Origin: Clostridia bacterium
Lineage (GTDB): Bacteria > Bacillota > Clostridia > UMGS1883
Reading direction: 5' to 3'
Assembly: GCA_017472685.1 (NCBI GenBank)
Contig: JAFUOO010000013.1
Location: 78,964-110,963, forward strand
Length of the DNA: 32,000 bases
Positions 22,683-28,484 of this stretch are shown here, piece after piece. Within the stretch, counting starts at the first letter, position 1. Every line of letters begins with the position of its first letter. The translations under genes were made by a program, and so were the position numbers. The notes beneath the pieces were generated by a model. The model made no database searches, was not told where the DNA came from, and saw only the letters and a program-made list of their open reading frames with translations.

Positions 22683-23678
22683 TCAGATTACAAAGCCGAC
22701 CTTTTTCTTAACCTTGGAAAGAGTTTTACGGCTCATGTAATTTGCAGTTTCCGCACCCTTTTTGTAAATTGCTTCAAGGTAATCCTTGTTCTTCATAAGG
22801 TCGTTGTATTTTTCGTGAATGGGACGAAGCTCTTCTGCTACAGCCTCTGCGACTGCTGCCTTAAAGTCACCGTAACCCTTGCCGACGAATTCGGCAACTG
22901 CCTCGTCGATAGTTTTTCCCGTAACGGAAGAGTATATGTTAAGAAGATTGTTAACGCCGTCCTTGCCTTCCTTGTATTCAACGCAGGCTTCGCTATCGGT
23001 TACGGCACGCTTGAATTTGCGTACAACAGTGTCAATGTCGTCAAGCACGAATACACATCCGTTGGGGTTGGGGTCAGACTTGCTCATTTTTGCAGTAGGT
23101 GTCTGCAAGCTCATAATACGTGCGTTTTCCTTTCCTATATAAGGCTCGGGAATTTTGAACACATCGCCGTAAATGGAGTTGAAGCGCGCTGCAATATCAC
23201 GCGTGATTTCAAGGTGCTGCTTTTGGTCTGCACCTACGGGAACAAGGTCTGTCTGATAAAGAAGAATATCAGCTGCCATTAAAACAGGGTATGTAAAGAG
23301 CCCTGCATTAATGTTGTCCTTGTGCTTTGCGCTCTTGTCCTTGAACTGTGTCATTCTCTGTAATTCGCCCATCTGTGTGTAGCAGTTAAGTATCCAACTG
23401 AGCTCTGCGTGAGCGGGAACATGGCTCTGGATAAACATAAGGTTTTTTTCTGCATCAATACCGCAGGCAATATACTGAGCTAAAAGGGAAACTGTGTTCT
23501 TGCGAAGCTCAGCAGGGGTCTGTCTTACAGTAATTGTGTGCAAATCCATCATTGCGTACATGCAGTTGTACTCATCCTGTAGTGTTGCCCAGTTTTTAAC
23601 GGCACCTAAGTAGTTGCCGAGTGTTATTGAAGCTGCCGAGGGCTGAATGCCCGACAGTATGGTTTTCTTTTCGTTCAT
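22683..23678 (-). CDS. trpS: Tryptophan--tRNA ligase
   Basis: Class I aaRS with a HIGH-equivalent (SGIQPSAASITLGNYLGA), KMSKS, and the TrpRS-typical VPVGADQKQH motif. Confidence 0.96.
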   Translation of the reverse strand: MNEKKTILSGIQPSAASITLGNYLGAVKNWATLQDEYNCMYAMMDLHTITVRQTPAELRKNTVSLLAQYIACGIDAEKNLMFIQSHVPAHAELSWILNCYTQMGELQRMTQFKDKSAKHKDNINAGLFTYPVLMAADILLYQTDLVPVGADQKQHLEITRDIAARFNSIYGDVFKIPEPYIGKENARIMSLQTPTAKMSKSDPNPNGCVFVLDDIDTVVRKFKRAVTDSEACVEYKEGKDGVNNLLNIYSSVTGKTIDEAVAEFVGKGYGDFKAAVAEAVAEELRPIHEKYNDLMKNKDYLEAIYKKGAETANYMSRKTLSKVKKKVGFVI

Positions 23679-23691
23679 TGGTCTTTACCTC

Positions 23692-24879
23692 TCATTCAAA
23701 GGATTTAATGACGTCGGAAAGTATACCGATGCCTTTAATAATGTTTTCGTCCGCTGTGTTGGAGAAGTTTAAGCGGAAGGAAGAATACTTCTTTGTCTGG
23801 TCCACCATGCAGGAGGAGCCGGGAACAAATGCAACCTTATTTTCAACACCCTTCTTGAAAAGAAGCTGAGAATCAAACTCTTTGGGAAGGTCGCACCAAA
23901 GGAACAAGCCGCCCTCGGGACGGGTGTAGGTGCAGTAGGAGGGGAAAGCCTCGTCCATGCACTTAAGCATAAGTGCATTCTTCTTTCCATACAGGTCACA
24001 GCTGCGCTTGATGTGCGCATCATAGTCGTGCTTTGTTACAAAGTCATATGCAATAAGCTGATTTAAAACAGGTGTGTGCACATCAGTTACCTGCTTGCAT
24101 ACAACCATCTTTTCAAGTATATCCTCTCTTGCGGAGAAGAAGCCTATTCTCAAGCCGGGAGAAAGAGTTTTGGAAAAGCTTCCTGCATAAATGACGCGGT
24201 TTTCAGTATCCATGCTCTTGATTGTGGGAACGGCCTCGCCCTTGTAGCGTAATTCGCCGTAGGGGTTATCCTCTAAAATAAAGAAGTCGTACTTATCTGC
24301 GAGAGACAGGAGCCTTTGTCTCTTTTCCGTGCTCATTGTAATGCCGGAAGGATTCTGGAAGGTGGCAATTGCGTAAACAAGCTTTACATTAACCTTCTTT
24401 AAAACCTCTTCCTCCAGATAATCAAGGTCCATGCCGTCGGATTGAACCGCAACGGGTATCATGTTTGCATTATAGCTGCGGAAGCAGTTAAGTCCGCCAA
24501 CAAAGCTGGGCGCTTCAACCACAACATTGTCGCCCTCGTTCAATAAAACCTTTGCGCAAAGGTCAATAACCTGCTGACCGCCTGTTGTAATGATAACCTG
24601 TTCACTTTCTTTTATAACGCCCTGTTTTACAAGGCGGTCCTTTACAAACTCGCGAAGAGGTGTGTAACCTTCCGTAATGCCGTACTGAAGAGCCAGGTTG
24701 CCCTTTTCTCTGAATATGTCACGGGCGATTGCCTCAAGTTCCTTTTTAGGGAAAACATCGGGGCTGGGTGCGCCGCCTGCAAAGGATATAATTTCGGGGT
24801 CAGCAAGCAACTTGAAGGTTGCTCTTATTGCACTGCCCGATAAATCTCTTGTTTTGTCTGAAAAAATATTGTTTGCCAT
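23692..24879 (-). CDS. PLP-dependent aminotransferase, class I (ARO8 / LysN / kynurenine-2-aminoadipate aminotransferase-like)
   Basis: N-terminal ISFAGGAPSPDVFP, NPSG, and the SFSKTLSPGLRIG pyridoxal-lysine motif are present. Only a 13-nt gap separates it from trpS. Confidence 0.88.
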   Translation of the reverse strand: MANNIFSDKTRDLSGSAIRATFKLLADPEIISFAGGAPSPDVFPKKELEAIARDIFREKGNLALQYGITEGYTPLREFVKDRLVKQGVIKESEQVIITTGGQQVIDLCAKVLLNEGDNVVVEAPSFVGGLNCFRSYNANMIPVAVQSDGMDLDYLEEEVLKKVNVKLVYAIATFQNPSGITMSTEKRQRLLSLADKYDFFILEDNPYGELRYKGEAVPTIKSMDTENRVIYAGSFSKTLSPGLRIGFFSAREDILEKMVVCKQVTDVHTPVLNQLIAYDFVTKHDYDAHIKRSCDLYGKKNALMLKCMDEAFPSYCTYTRPEGGLFLWCDLPKEFDSQLLFKKGVENKVAFVPGSSCMVDQTKKYSSFRLNFSNTADENIIKGIGILSDVIKSFE

Positions 24880-24915
24880 GGAAAAACCTTCTTTCTTATA
24901 AAATTTCTACCTTAT

Positions 24916-24944
24916 ATAATAACACAACAGAAGAACGATTGCAA
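24916..24944 (-). promoter_or_regulatory. Candidate sigma-A promoter for the aminotransferase-trpS-wecA-like unit
   Basis: On the minus strand: TTGCAA (24944-24939), 17-nt spacer, TATTAT (24921-24916), about 35 nt upstream of the ATG at 24879. Confidence 0.45.
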
Positions 24945-24982
24945 CACAAAAAGGATTTTGCACTGCAAAATCCTTTTTGTGT
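24944..24982 (-). terminator. Perfect 39-nt palindrome / terminator after the rhamnose mutarotase gene
   Basis: ACACAAAAAGGATTTTGCA c TGCAAAATCCTTTTTGTGT, with 19-nt perfectly complementary arms. It overlaps the rhaM stop codon at 24982-24984 and the -35 of the downstream promoter. Confidence 0.7.
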
Positions 24983-25293
24983 TAATCCAGATGGAAAACG
25001 TTCTTTAAATCAATACTTACCGGGCTGTTATCGGGATTTGTTTCCATAATATCTGCCATAAAGTCCCACCATTTACGGTTGATGGCAGTGTCGGCACCCT
25101 TAGCCCACTTTTCTTCGTCTTCGATTTCAATATAGCCGAAAAGAGTGAGCGTTTCTTCGTCTAAAAAGATTGTGTAGTTTTTGCCGCCGTGAGAGTGAAT
25201 CATATCCTTCATTTCGTCCCACAGCTCATTGTGACGCTTTTCGTACTCTGCCTCCATGCCGGGGTAGAGCTTCATTTTAAAACCTTTGATCAT
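24982..25293 (-). CDS. rhaM: L-rhamnose mutarotase (RhaM/DUF718 family)
   Basis: A 103-aa protein with the family pattern (KLYPGMEAEYEKRHNELWDEM...NYTIFLDEETLTLFGY...WWDFMADIM). AAAGGAGAG RBS upstream. Confidence 0.85.
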   Translation of the reverse strand: MIKGFKMKLYPGMEAEYEKRHNELWDEMKDMIHSHGGKNYTIFLDEETLTLFGYIEIEDEEKWAKGADTAINRKWWDFMADIMETNPDNSPVSIDLKNVFHLD

Positions 25294-25335
25294 AATTTGT
25301 TCTCTCCTTTAGTTTGATTTGGGTAATTGAAAATT

Positions 25336-25563
25336 AATGATATGTGCCTTGCACATGAAATGCTAAAGCATGATATATCGCTACGCGAAATGATATGAAC
25401 TTTCAGTTCATTTAGGCAGAAAATTCTCCGAATTTTCATTTTATTAATAAATGATTTGCATAGCAAATCTACCGTAATGCCGCAAGGCTATCATGAAACC
25501 GTAAGGTTTTATATCATGGCATTGCCATATCATGCCACGGGGCATATCATCATTCTTTGCCCC
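25336..25563. repeat. Array of short hairpins plus eight 9-mer (CATGATATG) copies in two inverted blocks
   Basis: Read directly from the sequence. Forward 9-mers lie at 25336, 25369, 25389 and 25450 (the last degenerate). Reverse-complement copies lie at 25487, 25510, 25526 and 25543. There are eleven stem-loops of 3-8 bp between 25342 and 25563. See findings. Confidence 0.6.
25438..25466 (-). promoter_or_regulatory. Candidate sigma-A promoter for rhaM
   Basis: On the minus strand: TTGCTA (25466-25461), 17-nt spacer, TAAAAT (25443-25438). This would give a hairpin-rich 5' UTR of roughly 135-140 nt. Confidence 0.3.
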
Positions 25564-25620
25564 ATGTTATAGGCTTTAGTGAGTTGGGTTATCGTTCTGC
25601 ACTCTGCACTTTAAAAGTGC

Positions 25621-25649
25621 TTGACACTTTGCGTTTCTTCCTATATTAT
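25621..25649 (+). promoter_or_regulatory. Candidate promoter P1 upstream of rpmG-secE-nusG
   Basis: TTGACA (25621-25626), 17-nt spacer, TATTAT (25644-25649). Confidence 0.45.
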
Positions 25650-25700
25650 ATATCCGTATTGCGAAGAATGCAATAATTTCGAAAAATTTTAAAAAAAGTA

Positions 25701-25729
25701 TTGACTTAGAAAAGATTTGGTGATATAGT
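25701..25729 (+). promoter_or_regulatory. Candidate promoter P2 (extended -10) upstream of rpmG-secE-nusG
   Basis: TTGACT (25701-25706), 17-nt spacer ending in TGa, TATAGT (25724-25729). An A/T-rich UP-like tract lies at 25681-25698. Confidence 0.6.
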
Positions 25730-25828
25730 TACTGTACCTCGCATGGGCAGGCTTTTTTTATGTGCAAAAAAATCCTTAGTCACCATGCCAAGAGGGAGTC
25801 GATTAAATTTAACAGGAGGTGCGACGCC

Positions 25829-25978
25829 ATGAGAGTAAAGATTACAATGGAATGCTCCGAGTGCAAGCAGAGAAATTACGACACAATGAAAAACAAGAAG
25901 AATGACCCTGAAAGACTTGAAATGCAAAAGTACTGCCGTTTCTGCCGCAAGCACACAATGCATAAGGAAACAAAGTAA
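25829..25978 (+). CDS. rpmG: 50S ribosomal protein L33 (Cys4 zinc-ribbon form)
   Basis: [55 protein letters not shown] at 25814-25819 lies 9 nt before ATG 25829. The track's 25760 start is an upstream extension with no RBS. Confidence 0.95.
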   Translation: MRVKITMECSECKQRNYDTMKNKKNDPERLEMQKYCRFCRKHTMHKETK

Positions 25979-25995
25979 ACGAAAGGGTGACTGAT

Positions 25996-26328
25996 ATGGC
26001 AGATAAGCAGAAAAAAGACAATTTCTTCAAAAGAGCCGCAAGCCGTATAGCAGGTGGCGCAAAGTCTACCAAGTCTGAAATCAAGAAGATTTCATGGCCC
26101 ACACGTAAGCAGCTTTTTAACAATACAGCAATTGTTATCGCTTGTATTCTCGTTGTAGGCATTTTTATCTTCATTCTTGATACAGTGTTCGGATTTGGTT
26201 TCAACTTCTTAACAGGTCAGAAGAATGCTTCTGATGTTGAATTTCCTACAGAAATGAGCACAGATATCTTAGTTGAGGATGTTACAGAGCTCATTAATGC
26301 AGAAGTAGTAACAGAACCCGCTGAATAA
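25996..26328 (+). CDS. secE: Preprotein translocase subunit SecE with extended C-terminal tail
   Basis: The conserved segment EIKKISWPTRKQL is followed by a single TM (AIVIACILVVGIFIFILD). ATG 25996 with an upstream AAAGGGTG RBS is preferred over GTG 25987. Confidence 0.85.
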   Translation: MADKQKKDNFFKRAASRIAGGAKSTKSEIKKISWPTRKQLFNNTAIVIACILVVGIFIFILDTVFGFGFNFLTGQKNASDVEFPTEMSTDILVEDVTELINAEVVTEPAE

Positions 26329-26363
26329 TCAGCAAACAAACGTTTAAAGAAGGAGGTTCGGTT

Positions 26364-27002
26364 ATGAACGAATCAGGCGAATTCAGATGGTATGTTGCTC
26401 ATACTTATTCCGGGTATGAGAACAAAGTAAAAGACAATATTGAAAAAACCGTTGAAAATCGGAACCTTCAGGATTTGATTGCCGAGGTCTGCATTCCTAC
26501 CGAAGAGGTTAAGTCTTTGGTAAAGAAGAAGAAAAAGACTGCTGGCAAAACTACTAAGAGGAAGAAGAGCAACGTTTCCGAGGAAGAAATTTTCGATGCC
26601 GATACGGCTCTCGAAGGTGAAGAAGATGACTACGAAATCGTAGAAAAAGTTCTTCAGAGAAAGCTCTACCCCGGTTATGTGTTTGTCAAAATGATTATGA
26701 CAAGCGAAAGCTGGTATATCGTGAGAAACACTCGCGGTTGTACAGGCTTTGTAGGCCCTGAATCCAAGCCCGTTCCGCTTACTGAGAGCGAAGTTTATTC
26801 CCTCGGTGTGGAAAAGATTGAAATCAATATTCCCTTTGAAGAAGGCGACAGCGTGCGTATCAGCGGCGGCAGCTTTGAAGGCTATATGGGCGAAATCCGT
26901 GCCATTGATAAGGACAGACTTAAGATTACCGTTATGGTAACAATGTTCGGTGGCAGAGAAATGGAGCTTGAAGTTGACCTTAACGAGGTCGAAGCTCTCT
27001 AA
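26364..27002 (+). CDS. nusG: Transcription termination/antitermination factor NusG with charged insertion in the NGN domain
   Basis: NGN motifs (WYVAHTYSGYENKV, IPTEEV, LYPGYVFVKM) and a KOW domain (GDSVRISGGSFEGYMGEI). GGAGG RBS upstream. Confidence 0.93.
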   Translation: MNESGEFRWYVAHTYSGYENKVKDNIEKTVENRNLQDLIAEVCIPTEEVKSLVKKKKKTAGKTTKRKKSNVSEEEIFDADTALEGEEDDYEIVEKVLQRKLYPGYVFVKMIMTSESWYIVRNTRGCTGFVGPESKPVPLTESEVYSLGVEKIEINIPFEEGDSVRISGGSFEGYMGEIRAIDKDRLKITVMVTMFGGREMELEVDLNEVEAL

Positions 27003-27052
27003 AAAAGCTTTTGACAGGCTTTGCCTGTTGATTTAAATCGGGCTTTGCCCGA

Positions 27053-27085
27053 GTGGGAGGACGGTTACCGTCCGCCATTTACCAC
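27053..27085 (+). promoter_or_regulatory. Putative L1-binding mRNA motif in the rplK leader
   Basis: GTGG-GA-[GGACGG tta CCGTCC]-GCCATTTA-CCAC. It has the same architecture and flanking bases as the motif before rplA, with a different hairpin stem sequence. Confidence 0.45.
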
Positions 27086-27109
27086 ATTTTATTAAGGAGG
27101 TGCACAACC

Positions 27110-27535
27110 ATGGCACAGAAAATTACCGGTTATATTAAATTGCAGATTCCTGCAGGAAAGGCGACTCCGGCTCCCCCGGTTGGTCCCGCTCTCGGTCAGC
27201 ACGGCGTAAACATTGTTCAGTTTACAAAGGAATTCAACGAGAGAACAGCTAAGGATGCAGGTCTTGTTATCCCTGTTGTTATTACAGTATACGCAGACAG
27301 ATCTTTCTCCTTCATCACAAAGACTCCCCCGGCTGCAGTTCTTATTAAGAAGGCTTGTAAGATCGAAAGCGGTAGCGGTGTTCCCAACAAGAACAAGGTT
27401 GCTACTCTTTCTAAGGCAGATTGCAGAGCTATTGCTGAGCAGAAGATGCCCGACCTTAACGCAGCAAGCGTTGAAGCGGCTATGAGCATGATTGCCGGCA
27501 CAGCAAGAAGCATGGGCGTTTTAGTAGAAGAATAA
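27110..27535 (+). CDS. rplK: 50S ribosomal protein L11
   Basis: [35 protein letters not shown]... AAGGAGG lies 9 nt upstream of ATG 27110. The track start 27053 is a spurious extension running through the leader. Confidence 0.97.
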   Translation: MAQKITGYIKLQIPAGKATPAPPVGPALGQHGVNIVQFTKEFNERTAKDAGLVIPVVITVYADRSFSFITKTPPAAVLIKKACKIESGSGVPNKNKVATLSKADCRAIAEQKMPDLNAASVEAAMSMIAGTARSMGVLVEE

Positions 27536-27552
27536 GAGAAAAAACTTATTAA

Positions 27553-27581
27553 GTGGGAGGAATTGAAATTCCGTTAACCAC
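27553..27581 (+). promoter_or_regulatory. Putative L1-binding autoregulatory motif directly 5' of the rplA RBS
   Basis: GTGG-GA-[GGAAT tgaa ATTCC]-GTTAA-CCAC, ending 1 nt before the AAGGAGG RBS (27582-27588). Confidence 0.5.
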
Positions 27582-27597
27582 AAGGAGGTAAATTCGT

Positions 27598-28287
27598 ATG
27601 AAACATGGTAAGAAATATAATGAGAGCGTAAAGCTTATCGAAAAAGGTATGCAGTATGCTCCCGCAGAAGCTCTTGATCTTGCCGTTAAGACAGCAGGTG
27701 CTAAGTTTGACGAAACAATCGAAGCTCACATCAAGCTCGGTGTTGACTCTCGTCACGCTGACCAGCAGGTTAGAGGCGCTGTTGTTCTTCCCAACGGTAC
27801 AGGTAAAAAGGTAAGAGTACTCGTATTTGCAAAGGGTGCTAAGGCTGACGAAGCTGAAGCAGCTGGTGCAGATTACGTAGGTGAAGAATACATCACAAAG
27901 ATTCAGGAAGGCTGGCTCGACTTTGACGTAGCTGTTGCTACTCCTGACATGATGGGCGTTGTTGGTAAGATTGCCCGCGTTCTTGGTCCTAAGGGTCTTA
28001 TGCCCAACCCCAAGGCAGGCACAGTTACTATGGATGTTGCTAAGGCAATTGCTGAACTTAAGGCTGGTAAGATCGAATACCGTCTTGATAAGACAAACAT
28101 CATCCACTGCCCCATCGGCAAGAAGTCTTTCGGTACAGAAAAGTTACTTGAAAACTTCAACACACTCCTTGCTGCTGTTATCAAGGCTAAGCCCGCAGCT
28201 GCAAAGGGTCAGTACCTTAAGAGCGTTACTGTTGCAAGCACAATGGGCCCCGGCGTTAAGATCGCGCCCACAAAGATTGATCAGTAA
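27598..28287 (+). CDS. rplA: 50S ribosomal protein L1
   Basis: MKHGKKY...[30 protein letters not shown]. Full-length L1 pattern. Confidence 0.97.
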   Translation: MKHGKKYNESVKLIEKGMQYAPAEALDLAVKTAGAKFDETIEAHIKLGVDSRHADQQVRGAVVLPNGTGKKVRVLVFAKGAKADEAEAAGADYVGEEYITKIQEGWLDFDVAVATPDMMGVVGKIARVLGPKGLMPNPKAGTVTMDVAKAIAELKAGKIEYRLDKTNIIHCPIGKKSFGTEKLLENFNTLLAAVIKAKPAAAKGQYLKSVTVASTMGPGVKIAPTKIDQ

Positions 28288-28302
28288 TCTCACAAAAAAT
28301 GC

Positions 28303-28331
28303 TTGACAAACCTCACAAGAGGTGTTAAGAT
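28303..28331 (+). promoter_or_regulatory. Candidate promoter of rplJ-rplL
   Basis: TTGACA (28303-28308), 17-nt spacer, TAAGAT (28326-28331). Confidence 0.55.
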
Positions 28332-28337
28332 AATCAA

Positions 28338-28484
28338 GAAGTTTTTAAAACTTCATTCCATTCCATAGACAGCGGGCACAAAGGTAAGCCCCGCCGAGGA
28401 AACGTTTAAAAAGATTTTTAAAGGTTTTTTGCGTCTATGGGCAAAAAACCTTTTTTTCAATATTTGGTATGGAGAGGTGAAAGT
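28338..28484 (+). promoter_or_regulatory. L10 (rplJ) leader with terminator-like attenuator hairpin
   Basis: A structured ~150-nt leader. It contains a GC hairpin (GCGGG...CCCGC around 28373-28395) and a 13-bp stem AAAGGTTTTTTGC / GCAAAAAACCTTT (28420-28453) followed by TTTTT, 27 nt before the rplJ ATG. This matches the attenuation-type L10 leaders known from Firmicutes. Confidence 0.6.

Noticed and set aside
24880-24981. Search for a T-box or tryptophan-responsive leader upstream of the aminotransferase-trpS unit
   Set aside because: The interval is only about 100 nt and is accounted for by a promoter and the rhaM terminator palindrome. No T-box core sequence or antiterminator was seen. This is reported as an absence in findings, not as a feature.
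25431-25445. CodY-box-like sequence AATTTTCATTTTATT
   Set aside because: Only 11 of 15 positions match the AATTTTCWGAAAATT consensus, in a very AT-rich context. That is too weak to call without a scoring matrix.
25336-25563. Possibility that the hairpin/9-mer array is a CRISPR array
   Set aside because: The repeated unit is only 9 nt, not 24-40 nt. Spacing is irregular (16-61 nt), the copies occur in both orientations, and no cas genes or leader are present.
25760-25828. N-terminal extensions offered by the ORF track (rpmG from 25760; likewise rplK from 27053, rplJ from 28437, adaptor from 4504, HlyD-like from 16460)
   Set aside because: In each case a strong Shine-Dalgarno at correct spacing precedes an internal ATG/GTG that yields the canonical protein N-terminus. 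The extensions run through leaders, attenuator hairpins or promoters.
25706-26204. Two minus-strand ORFs (85 and 120 aa) across the rpmG promoter, rpmG and secE
   Set aside because: They are antisense to conserved ribosomal and translocon genes and overlap the strong plus-strand promoter. No RBS is present.
27574-28107. 177-aa ORF antisense to rplA
   Set aside because: It overlaps the highly conserved L1 gene on the opposite strand. Its composition is Cys/Asn/Phe-rich and it resembles no family.
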